NCBI RefSeq assembly: GCF_000195955.2
Contig: NC_000962.3
Coordinates: forward strand, 930,001 to 962,000
DNA length: 32,000 nucleotides
Direction: 5' to 3'
Source of the DNA: Mycobacterium tuberculosis H37Rv
Lineage (GTDB): Bacteria; Actinomycetota; Actinomycetes; Mycobacteriales; Mycobacteriaceae
Shown here: positions 1 to 8,076 of the stretch, one piece after another
How positions within the stretch are numbered: position 1 is the first letter of the stretch
Layout: each line of letters begins with the position of its first letter
Notes under the pieces: generated by a model
The model's input: the letters and a program-made list of their open reading frames with translations, nothing else
Databases searched by the model: none
What the model was told of the DNA's origin: nothing
Position numbers and translations under genes: made by a program

Positions 1-485
1 CCCCCGGCACCCCCGGTCTGCCCCGGAGCACCCGAACCGCCGTTGCCGCCGTTGCCCAACAACCAGCCTCCAGGCCCACCGGCCTCCCCGGTCCCCGGGG
101 CGCCGTTGGTGCCGTTGCCGATAAAAGGTCGGCCCGACAACGCGGCGGCGGGTGCATTGATGGCGCCTAGCAAGCCCTGCTCGAGGGTCTGCAACGGCGA
201 CGCGTTGGCCGCTTCGGCGGCCGCATAGGCGCCCATAGCCCCGGCCAGTGCCTGCACAAACCGGGCATGAAACGCCGCCGCCTGCGCGCTCATCGCCTGA
301 TACTGCTGACCGTGGCTGGAAAACAACGCCGCGATGGCCGCCGACACCTCATCGCCAGCAGCGGCCAACAGCCCGCTTGTCGGGACGGCGGCCGCCGCAT
401 TGGCAGCGGTCAGGGACGCGCCGATGCCTGCAAGATCCTCCGTGGCCATCGCCACCAAGTCCGGCGCTGCAATCACGAAAGACAT
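1..485 (-). CDS. PE_PGRS14: PE_PGRS family protein, 5' part (PE domain then Gly-rich PGRS start), truncated by the window edge
   Basis: Minus-strand translation from ATG at 485 reads [78 protein letters not shown], a classic PE domain, followed by GGxGGxG repeats. Absent from the ORF track because it is open at the edge. Exact PE_PGRS number is from synteny. Confidence 0.93.
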   Translation of the reverse strand, partial: MSFVIAAPDLVAMATEDLAGIGASLTAANAAAAVPTSGLLAAAGDEVSAAIAALFSSHGQQYQAMSAQAAAFHARFVQALAGAMGAYAAAEAANASPLQTLEQGLLGAINAPAAALSGRPFIGNGTNGAPGTGEAGGPGGWLLGNGGNGGSGAPGQTGGAG

Positions 486-952
486 CCGACACCTCCCAGC
501 TGGCCGGTGTGATCTGACTGTCGCCCATCGTTACGATACGCGCATATAGCGCCTACCGGGAGACGAAGTTGACACTCGTCAACATCCGATGGCCGCCGGA
601 GATCCGGCACGGCTCGGCGGTCGTTTGGGCGGGCGTTGGCCCCGCACGTTCGACAGATTCGACAAGTTCGTGCGCCTCGCGCAACGAGACAACCGGCGAC
701 GCCGCCTAAGGTCAAGGGCGGCGTGCGTTAGCACTTCCGTCACTCTTGTCAATTAGCCGCAGCAAACGCCAGTCGCCCGTACGATGGCGGCAACGGCGTC
801 GGCGGAGCGGTTTCCCGCTTGGCCAACGCCGAAGTCCCAGCATGACCGATCGCGGACGCCAGTCCGCAGAAGCCGGCTTATCGACAATGAGGCCAAAGAG
901 CTCAACCCGTCAGCGGACATGTGGCGCGCGCTGGCCAGTGTGGCGATCAGTC

Positions 953-1597
953 GTGTGTTGCTCCACTGCTGCCAAGTCGGCCGTCATCGTCTGCTGTGCG
1001 GCCATCGCGACCACGGCATGCTCGTTTCAAGCCACATCGACCCAGCCGAGCACCGCACCCCCGACATCGCGGGTCGATTCGTTGATCGTCAGCATCGAAG
1101 ACGTACGGCGCATCGCCAACTATGAGGAGCTCGCCGCACATTTTCAGACCGACTTGCGTGAACCGCCGGAGGCGGACACGAACGTTCCGGGCCCCTGTCG
1201 TGTGGTGGGCAGCAGTGATCGCACCTTCGGAACCGACTGGTCAGAGTTCCGTAGCGCGGGTTACCACGGCGTTACCGACGACCTCAGACCGGGCGGGCCG
1301 GTCATGGTCGAGACGGTTAGCCAGGCGATAGCGCTGTACCCGGACCCGAGTACGGCGCGCGGTGTGTTCCATCGGCTCGAGTCGTCGCTGGCAGAATGTG
1401 CTGGCTTGCATGACCCCTACTTCGATTTCATCCTCGACAGGCCGGACGCCTCCACCGTGAGGATCGGCGCTGCGGGTTGGAGTCATGTGTATCGCCTGAA
1501 ATCGTCGGTATTCATATCCGTTGGCGTGTTGGGTATTGAACCGGCAGAGCCGATCGCCAACGTCATCTTGCAGACGATCAGCGATCGCATCCAGTAG
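953..1597 (+). CDS. lpqQ: Probable lipoprotein with PknH-like extracellular sensor-type domain (LpqQ)
   Basis: In frame with the 746..1597 ORF. GTG at 953 gives a 214-aa protein with hydrophobic N-terminus and lipobox-like IATTAC; the mature part resembles the PknH/LppH extracellular domain family. Confidence 0.8.
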   Translation: MCCSTAAKSAVIVCCAAIATTACSFQATSTQPSTAPPTSRVDSLIVSIEDVRRIANYEELAAHFQTDLREPPEADTNVPGPCRVVGSSDRTFGTDWSEFRSAGYHGVTDDLRPGGPVMVETVSQAIALYPDPSTARGVFHRLESSLAECAGLHDPYFDFILDRPDASTVRIGAAGWSHVYRLKSSVFISVGVLGIEPAEPIANVILQTISDRIQ

Positions 1598-2129
1598 TTA
1601 GCCGAGGACTGGAAAGCAGCAGCGGCGGCGACGAGCGCAGCGTGTTGAGGGCTGTTGACGCCACGACGCCCACCGTTGCGAAGAAGAAGGCGAGAAGCGT
1701 CGCTTCGGCACCGACTGCTGTCACCGCAACCGAGCTGTAACTACGGGGATCTATTGGATGCGAGGCGTAATCAAGCAGCGTGGCGATGGGTCTGGTGTCC
1801 ACCGCAAAGGAGAAGACATGCCATATGGGGGAAAGCTTGACCCACGAGAGCGCTGTCCCGAACAACTCGGTGCCTGTCAGAAGGATCAGCGCACTGGCCG
1901 CTATCCAGGCCGTCAGGCGTGCCGGGGATATCACGACGCCGAATGTCTTTCGTTGGTTATCCCAGACTGTCGAGCGACGTTGTTTTTGCACTGAACGTCG
2001 AATCTTCTGAGACTGCCGCCGCTTTCGCCGGCGCCAAGTCTCGGGCTTACTTAACCAGGCGAGCCGCCACCGTACGACAGTCGCAGTCGCTAAGACTTGC
2101 TGCTGCATCCAACTCGTGGCGGCCTTCAT
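1578..2129 (-). other. Unassigned ORF / possible degraded integral membrane protein gene
   Basis: 183-aa ORF with two hydrophobic segments (LTAWIAASALILLTGTELFGTALSW and VAVTAVGAEATLLAFFFATVGVVAST). It fills the gap between lpqQ and menT2 and ends in a low-complexity tail suggesting truncation. Confidence 0.4.
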
Positions 2130-2278
2130 TGATCCCGACTACCACCCTGCCTAACCAATTCTGTATGACGCGCCGTTTGAGAACGTACATTTGTGATTGC
2201 GGTTCGCATTTAGGAGCCCGGCGTGAGCTGGTCGAGTAACGCCTCGACCAGCGGGCGCCGCGAAGCTGTGGTGGTGGG

Positions 2279-3025
2279 CTAGCCCGGTCGACCCACGGCG
2301 AAGTGCTGGGCCAGCAGGTCGTGGTCGGCCTGTGTGGCGCGCGTCGCCAGCACGGCGGCCTCCGGTGCGCTGACACTGGCGCGCATGTCGTGGCCGAGCA
2401 GCGCGGCAGCGGCGGTGCGTAGGTCGAAGTCGTGACGGCGTAGCGCCCACTGGTCTGGTTTGGCGTAAAGCCGGTCGAGGTCGCCGGCGTACCAGTGCAC
2501 CACCAAGGCCAGATCTGGGCCGTCTTTGTAGTCGTGGTCCGCGGACCGATCGAGCCATGCGTGCAGTTTGAGGACCGCATAGTTCGGCGGTTGGGGAAGG
2601 TGGACTGTCAGGCCGCCAGGGAGAGGCAGAACATCGGCACGCAGGTAGGCGTCGGTGCATCCGTGGACGTTCATGAGCTGGTTGCCTGGGGGATGGCGGG
2701 TTGTGCCGGTGGGCGACTCCACCTCGCCGAACGGGAGGGCATCGACGGCGCGGTCGGCGATCAGGAATCGGTGCCCGGTGCTGCCCAGGGCGCGGAAGGT
2801 GGCCCGAATTGCCTCGAAGTGGTCCCAATTGTTCAGGGTCCCTGCGATATCGGTGTCGTTGGTGGCCCGCGGCGGCACCCCGCGGCAGAAGCGCCAGTGC
2901 AGTAGATCGCGGCACTGTGCCCCGACGAGCATCAGCTGTTCAGCCGGCACGACGTCGGCAAGTGCTGTGACGATCGGTGTCACCCAGGCCAGGAGGACCG
3001 GGTCATAATCGGGCGAGTCGCTCAT
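2279..3025 (-). CDS. menT2: MenT2-type nucleotidyltransferase toxin (AbiEii/DUF1814-like)
   Basis: 248-aa ORF with nucleotidyltransferase-like features: MLVGAQCRDLLHW...RATNDTDIA and downstream VLKLHAWLDR..DHDYKDGPDLALV. Located immediately 3' of the antitoxin and overlapping it by 23 bp. A shorter internal start (M32, end coordinate 2932) is possible. Confidence 0.85.
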   Translation of the reverse strand: MSDSPDYDPVLLAWVTPIVTALADVVPAEQLMLVGAQCRDLLHWRFCRGVPPRATNDTDIAGTLNNWDHFEAIRATFRALGSTGHRFLIADRAVDALPFGEVESPTGTTRHPPGNQLMNVHGCTDAYLRADVLPLPGGLTVHLPQPPNYAVLKLHAWLDRSADHDYKDGPDLALVVHWYAGDLDRLYAKPDQWALRRHDFDLRTAAAALLGHDMRASVSAPEAAVLATRATQADHDLLAQHFAVGRPG

Positions 3026-4031
3026 CCTGCCTTCTCATGAGGTGGGCGACTTCGACCTGGCGCGGCTCGCGCGAGGCAAGGAGGTCGGCATAGATCAAGG
3101 CCGTGGGAGCCAACCCCGGTTGCTCGTCAGGTAGGTTGCGCCAGAATAGCTTTCGGATCACGATGCTGCCGTGTGGGTCGCGGTGCCAGCGGTTGTGTAT
3201 AAGCAGGTCGGCGGGTAGCCCGGGCGCTGGGGTGTCGACGTAGAGCATCAGTGATTCGGGATTGCGGATTTCGTCGGGCAGGGCCTGTTCCCCGCTGACC
3301 GCCACTGCGAGTCCGTCGGGTGCGGACCACGTGTGGATATCACCACTGGCGACCAGGAGTTTGTTGGCCCGGCCCAGACCCCCCGGATAGGCAGCCGCCC
3401 ACAGGTCCAGCAGCTCATCGGTGCGCACCAGCCTGCGGCGGGAGCCGAGGTGTTCGAAGAAGCCGGTAGTGCGCAACGTATCCATCGTCTCCTTGGCCAT
3501 ACCGACCGAGACGCCGGCGCTCGCGGCGATCGCACGCAGCGGCGCGTCGACCAGTTGCGGTGCGTCAAGCAGTACGCAGACAACCTGCGCGCGCTTGGGG
3601 GTAAACGGGTTACGCGGTCCATCGCTGTGCAGTCCGTCACCGAGGGTGCCCGGTTGTGCGGACACAGCTGACCGTCGGCCGCGCACGTCGATGAGCAGGC
3701 CACCCTGGTGCCGCAAATAAGCGTTCCCAGCTCCGTCGATGTACCAGAGTCCGCGAGCCCGCAGCGTTTCAGCGCTCGACGGATGCAGACGCGGGCCCAC
3801 CACAAGCAGCGGCGAACCAGCGCCGGCGGTATCCCAGGCCTGCAGTGCTGCCGTTGCCGACAGGTGAGGAAGGTAGAGGGCAGTGATCGTGAGGGGGTGA
3901 GCGTCGATCTCAAGGTCTAGTGATTCGGGATGCGCGGAGTTCAATGCTGATAGGCCACCGAGCACCCGCACTCCGTATTCGGTGAGGTGACGCTCGACGG
4001 CCTCAGCGAGGTCAGCCCCGATCTGATCCAT
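3003..4031 (-). CDS. menA2: MenA2-type antitoxin / AbiEi-like regulator
   Basis: 342-aa ORF upstream of and overlapping menT2, the typical AbiEi-AbiEii order. Contains an HTH-like stretch (LVDAPLRAIAASAGVSVGMAKETMDTLRTTGFF) and a VDVRG..PWLR-like architecture. An in-frame stop at 4053-4055 precludes an upstream extension. Confidence 0.83.
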   Translation of the reverse strand: MDQIGADLAEAVERHLTEYGVRVLGGLSALNSAHPESLDLEIDAHPLTITALYLPHLSATAALQAWDTAGAGSPLLVVGPRLHPSSAETLRARGLWYIDGAGNAYLRHQGGLLIDVRGRRSAVSAQPGTLGDGLHSDGPRNPFTPKRAQVVCVLLDAPQLVDAPLRAIAASAGVSVGMAKETMDTLRTTGFFEHLGSRRRLVRTDELLDLWAAAYPGGLGRANKLLVASGDIHTWSAPDGLAVAVSGEQALPDEIRNPESLMLYVDTPAPGLPADLLIHNRWHRDPHGSIVIRKLFWRNLPDEQPGLAPTALIYADLLASREPRQVEVAHLMRRQDERLARL

Positions 4032-4033
4032 GC

Positions 4034-4084
4034 GTTCAGTATATCCGTACGTTCAGTTTTATTGAACATAATGATTTATTGAAC
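4034..4084 (-). promoter_or_regulatory. Putative autoregulatory operator/promoter of menA2-menT2: four GTTCA/TGAAC half-sites symmetric about 4059, with TATACT -10 (4043-4038)
   Basis: GTTCA at 4034-4038 and 4051-4055; TGAAC at 4063-4067 and 4080-4084. AT-rich island in a GC-rich genome. TATACT ends 6 nt before the A of the ATG. Confidence 0.6.
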
Positions 4085-4719
4085 ATATCAGGTCGGAGCT
4101 GGTCGACTTGGAAGGTGTAGCGGTATCCGAGTCGCACTCACTGCCTCCTGCCATGACTCACCCCAAGGGTGCAGGTTGTGCGGCAGTCTGATGAGTTGCC
4201 GCAGCATCGTTGCCGCGGCCTCCTCGTTGCCTGTCTGAAACCTCGTCTGCAGTCGAGGGGTGGTCAGCACGCGCCGGGCCAGACGGACTGGTCTACTGCG
4301 CCAAAGCTTGTCGCTGCGCTTGGAGGTCAGGCCGAGCAGGCGCGAGGAACGACGAACCCAACAAGCCATGGTGGTTGGCGCCGTCGAGAGGTCGGCGGTC
4401 GCCACAACGGGAAGATCGCCTTGAGCGTCGCTCGACCGCCGCCTCGAGTTGGGTCATAACGAAGTAGCTGATGCCGATCATGTCGACGTTTCCGTCGCAT
4501 CAGCGTGCAGCGGCGACCCACTCGACGAGGTCTCGGTGCCGCCGCGGCCAGGGCACCAGCAGTGACGAGTCCAGGCGCCGTCGGGCCAAGCAGTCGCGGT
4601 GCCAGCCGTGGTGGGTCGGGCGATGGTTGGGTGTGCTCATTTCGGGAACGCCAGGGCGATCAGCGTCGGCAAACTCGCGTCGATGTGCCCGCGGCGCAAC
4701 AATCCGCGACAATGATCGG

Positions 4720-5490
4720 GTGCGTCTGATCGGGCGGCTCCGTCTGCTCATGGTGGGGCTGGTCGTCATCTGCGGGGCTTGCGCATGTGACCGCGTGTCG
4801 GCCGGCCGTTGGTCCGAGTCGCCGAGTGCGACCTCGTGGCCCGTCCGGCCGGTAAACACCACAACGCCATCCGGTCCTGTGCCGCCAGTCAGCGAGGCGG
4901 CGCGGGCAGCCGGGTTGGTCGATGTTCGCGGTGTTGTTCCCGATGCCGCCATCGACCTGCGCTACGCGACGGCGAACAATTTCACCGGCACACAGCTGTA
5001 CCCGCCCGGGGCAAGATGCCTGGTGCACGAGTCCATGGCCGAGGGTCTCGCGGCCGCCGCGGCGGTGCTGCGCCCACACGGGCAGGTGCTGGTCTTCTGG
5101 GACTGCTATCGGCCCCACGACGTTCAGGTCAGGATGTTCGATGTGGTCCCCAACCCGGCCTGGGTGGCGCGGCCGGGCAAGTACGCGCATAGCCATGAGG
5201 CGGGGCGTTCGGTCGATGTGACGTTTGCCAGCGCTCAGCGGCAGTGCCCATCAGTGCGGCGATCCGGCGAATTGTGCCTGGCCGACATGGGCACCGACTT
5301 CGACGACTTTTCTTCGCGGGCGACAGCGTTTGCAACGCAGGGCGTCAGTGCTGAGGCCCAGGCCAACCGTGCCCACCTGCGAGCCGCCATGCAGGCCGGG
5401 GGGTTGACGGTGTACTCCGGTGAGTGGTGGCATTTCGACGGCCCCGGCGCCGGCGTCGATCGCCCGATTCTCGAAGTGCCAGTTGACTGA
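4720..5490 (+). CDS. lpqR: Probable lipoprotein, D-alanyl-D-alanine dipeptidase (VanX-like, peptidase M15D)
   Basis: 256 aa from GTG 4720. Hydrophobic leader with Cys, YATANNFTG, CYRPHDVQ, SHEAGRSVDVTF and GEWWHFDG are typical VanX-family motifs. Confidence 0.88.
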   Translation: MRLIGRLRLLMVGLVVICGACACDRVSAGRWSESPSATSWPVRPVNTTTPSGPVPPVSEAARAAGLVDVRGVVPDAAIDLRYATANNFTGTQLYPPGARCLVHESMAEGLAAAAAVLRPHGQVLVFWDCYRPHDVQVRMFDVVPNPAWVARPGKYAHSHEAGRSVDVTFASAQRQCPSVRRSGELCLADMGTDFDDFSSRATAFATQGVSAEAQANRAHLRAAMQAGGLTVYSGEWWHFDGPGAGVDRPILEVPVD

Positions 5491-5498
5491 CGTCTCAT

Positions 5499-5521
5499 AT
5501 AGTGAAATAAATGTCCACTAT
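5499..5521. repeat. Inverted repeat ATAGTG-N11-CACTAT between lpqR and the methyltransferase gene
   Basis: 5499-5504 ATAGTG and 5516-5521 CACTAT in a locally AT-rich intergenic stretch. Confidence 0.45.
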
Positions 5522-5576
5522 TTGGGCGCAGTGGCGGTAGGCTTTGAGCCGAACACCTCGACCATGGGACCGCACG

Positions 5577-6389
5577 GTGAACGACAAACGTCGGGCGATT
5601 TATACGCACGGATATCACGAGTCGGTGCTGCGCAGTCACCGGCGACGCACTGCGGAAAACTCCGCCGGCTACCTGCTGCCCTACTTGGTGCCGGGGTTGT
5701 CGGTGCTCGACGTCGGTTGCGGCCCCGGGACGATCACCGTCGACCTCGCCGCTCGGGTCGTGCCGGGATCCGTGACCGGCGTCGAGCCAACCGATGACGC
5801 CTTAAGCCTGGCCCGCGCCGAGGCCCAGCTGCACCGCCTGTCAAACATTTCGTTCACCACTTCCGACGTGCATAAGCTCGACTTCCCTGACGACGCGTTC
5901 GATGTCGTCCACGCACACCAGGTGCTGCAGCACGTCGCCGATCCGGTACGGGCACTACAGGAGATGAGGCGGGTGTGTACACCAGGCGGCATCGTCGCAG
6001 CTCGCGATGCCGACTATTCGGGGTTCATCTGGTTCCCGAAGCTTCCGGCGCTGGACCGGTGGTTGGACCTTTATGAACGGGCGGCTCGAGCCAACGGCGG
6101 CGAACCGGATGCCGGCCGGCGGCTGCTGTCCTGGGCCCGTGCGGCAGGATTCGACGACGTCACGCCGACGGCCAGTGTCTGGTGTTTCGCGACGGCCTCG
6201 GCCCGCGAATGGTGGGGCCTAGTGTGGGCCGACCGGATTCTGCAATCCGATCTGGCTCACCAGCTGGTGGATTCGGGTCTGGCCACTGCCGCGCAACTCG
6301 AGGAGATCTCCACGGCGTGGCGAGAGTGGGCCGCGGCCCCGGACGGTTGGCTGGCGATACCCCACGGTGAAATCCTTTGCCGGGCATAA
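5577..6389 (+). CDS. SAM-dependent methyltransferase (class I)
   Basis: VLDVGCGPGTITVDLA motif, and FDVVHAHQVLQHVADPVRALQEMRRVCTPGG. GTG at 5577 gives 270 aa; ATG at 5544 is an alternative. Confidence 0.88.
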   Translation: MNDKRRAIYTHGYHESVLRSHRRRTAENSAGYLLPYLVPGLSVLDVGCGPGTITVDLAARVVPGSVTGVEPTDDALSLARAEAQLHRLSNISFTTSDVHKLDFPDDAFDVVHAHQVLQHVADPVRALQEMRRVCTPGGIVAARDADYSGFIWFPKLPALDRWLDLYERAARANGGEPDAGRRLLSWARAAGFDDVTPTASVWCFATASAREWWGLVWADRILQSDLAHQLVDSGLATAAQLEEISTAWREWAAAPDGWLAIPHGEILCRA

Positions 6390-6400
6390 ACTCAGGCACA

Positions 6401-6417
6401 CGCGCGAGGCTCGCGCG
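6401..6417. terminator. Possible bidirectional terminator between convergent genes
   Basis: CGCGCGAGGCTCGCGCG GC-rich palindrome in the 67-bp convergent gap; no U-tract. Confidence 0.35.
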
Positions 6418-6456
6418 GTTGGTTGCCGACGACGGGCAGGACGTGGCCCGGCGAGA

Positions 6457-7317
6457 TCAAATATCGTGCAGCCGAAGGAATTCACGCATCACCCGGTCGA
6501 ATCGCGCCGGCTCTTCGATGAACGGCATGTGGGAACTGGACTCGAAGAATTCCAATCGCGAGCCCGCAATCCGGCCCTGCATTTCTCGCATGTGCTCAGG
6601 CGAACATTCGTCGAAACGGCCCACCACCAGCAAGGTCGGCACCGCGATGTCGGCCAACCGGTCGACGACGTCCCAGTCTCGAACATTCCCAACGATGCGA
6701 AAGTCGCTGGGCCCAAACATCGTCTCGAAGATCTCGGTTCCCATGTTGGCGAATGCTTCCGTGAGTTCCCGGGGCCAGGGGCGGGTGCGGCACAGATAAG
6801 TCTCGTTCCAGGTTCTGATCGCGGCCTGGTATTCGGCGGAATGGGTGGTGCCGGCCGCCTCGTGACGGTCAATTGCCGAGCGAGTTGCCACGTCCAAGCA
6901 CGACTTCAAGCTGACCAGACTGGCCGAAAATTCGGGTATCGAAGCCGTGCTGTTCGCGATGGTCAGACTGACGGCGTCAGGCGCCTTGTCGAGCACGTAC
7001 TGCTGTGCCAGCATCCCACCCCACGAATGGCTGAAGATGTGAAAGCGGGTAAGGGCAAGGGCTTCCGCCACGGTTGCCATCTCGGCCACTGAGCGGTTCA
7101 TCGTCCAAAGGTCTACGTCTGACGGACATGCGGAATTTCCGCAACCGAGCTGGTCCCAGAAGATGACCTCCCGCTCATCAGACAACCGTCGCAGTGGGGC
7201 CAAGTAGTTGTGCGGCAAGCCCGGCCCACCGTGCACTACAAGCAGCGGACGACCAGGACCGCCACCAATCCGCTGGAACCAGACGCGTCCACCCGGGACC
7301 GCGATTGTCCCCTCCAC
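6457..7317 (-). CDS. pip: Proline iminopeptidase (alpha/beta hydrolase, S33)
   Basis: LLVVHGGPGLPHNYL, DQLGCGNS, HIFSHSWGGMLAQQYVL (GxSxG nucleophile elbow). GTG at 7317 gives 286 aa; the upstream part of the 413-aa ORF is likely non-coding. Confidence 0.88.
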   Translation of the reverse strand: MEGTIAVPGGRVWFQRIGGGPGRPLLVVHGGPGLPHNYLAPLRRLSDEREVIFWDQLGCGNSACPSDVDLWTMNRSVAEMATVAEALALTRFHIFSHSWGGMLAQQYVLDKAPDAVSLTIANSTASIPEFSASLVSLKSCLDVATRSAIDRHEAAGTTHSAEYQAAIRTWNETYLCRTRPWPRELTEAFANMGTEIFETMFGPSDFRIVGNVRDWDVVDRLADIAVPTLLVVGRFDECSPEHMREMQGRIAGSRLEFFESSSHMPFIEEPARFDRVMREFLRLHDI

Positions 7318-7449
7318 TTGACCTCCGATTTCGGTTGACCAACAGACGCAGAATCGCACATTCGCCCCTTCGGGGGAGTGCGAGTTTGCGTCGCCTCGCC
7401 GGGCATGTCGGTCAGCGATGGCGCGGTCGAGACCAGACGGCCCGAGGCG

Positions 7450-7835
7450 GTTTGGGTGGATCGACAGTATCGGTCGCGCAGTTACCGGCGGACTCGGCTT
7501 CTGCTGGCCGGCCGGTCGGGTGTGCCCGTGCATACCGCTCTCGGCTTCACCGTGGCTGTGGCCGTGTGCACACCGGGTGAGACGCCCGGTTCGTGGTTGC
7601 GGCCAGCATCGTGCACCACAGCGCTGCGCCGGCCAACCGCGGTCGCTACCACGGAATCTGGTCGATGACCCCTGTAGTTGCTTCGGTGGTTGTGCCAATC
7701 ATGGCTTCCTACGGCCCGATTCATGGTGCTCATCTCTTGGCCGCGGTGGTCGTGGGGTCGGCCGGTGCCGCGCTGTGCCTGCCGTTGGCGCGGGCCCTGC
7801 GCCGACCGACCCCCAGTGCAATGACGACGGATTGA
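7450..7835 (+). pseudogene. Frameshifted C-terminal remnant of an MFS transporter paralogous to the downstream 8076..9404 gene; includes the 80-aa ORF 7593..7835
   Basis: Frame of 7378..7668 carries LGFTVAVAVCTPGE (paralogue: VGFSVAAAACSPGE). Frame of 7593..7835 carries VVAASIVHHSAAPANRGRYHGIWSMTPVVASVVVPIMA...AALCLPLARAL (paralogue: VVAAGIVHRIAPPAHGGRYHGIWSMAVAASSVAAPILA...AALCLPLARVL). Confidence 0.78.
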
Positions 7836-8062
7836 CGGTGCGGAGCCCGGGGATGTGCTGAGGGCACCAATGTGGTGAAAGTTGCACGCAAGCAGCACAA
7901 TCGGAGCCCAGAATGGGCACTGGGCGCAGAACCCGAGCCGCAGAAGTAATGTGCTGGAGGGGTTACTGCAGCAACCACACCCCCGGGTGTCCTCCGATCG
8001 GGGGAAGGGGCTTTCGTCATCGTTTCAGGCCGATCGGAGGACGCCGGCACAGGTCAACGATC

Positions 8063-8076
8063 CTAACTTGAGTTAG
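8063..8076. promoter_or_regulatory. Candidate operator palindrome CTAACT-TG-AGTTAG abutting the MFS start codon
   Basis: Perfect 6-bp arms with a 2-nt spacer, overlapping the first base of the GTG at 8076. Confidence 0.35.

Noticed and set aside
43-549. Plus-strand and other short ORFs at the left edge (43..228, 248..517, 334..549)
   Set aside because: These are antisense shadows of the PE_PGRS gene, whose PE domain is unmistakable on the minus strand.
2151-3026. Overlapping minus-strand (2151..2915, 2047..2580) and plus-strand (2495..2905) ORFs across menT2
   Set aside because: Arg/Pro/Ser-rich and motif-free. The 2279..3025 frame carries the nucleotidyltransferase motifs.
4088-4719. Several overlapping short ORFs between menA2 and lpqR (for example 4293..4481, 4327..4521, 4500..4952), possibly pieces of one degraded gene
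   Set aside because: I could not assemble a convincing domain in any frame on either strand. It may be decayed DNA, and a BLASTx of 4088-4720 would decide.
6457-7698. 413-aa version of the Pip ORF
   Set aside because: The first 127 residues have no resemblance to the hydrolase and overlap the MFS pseudogene region. GTG 7317 gives a normal-length enzyme.
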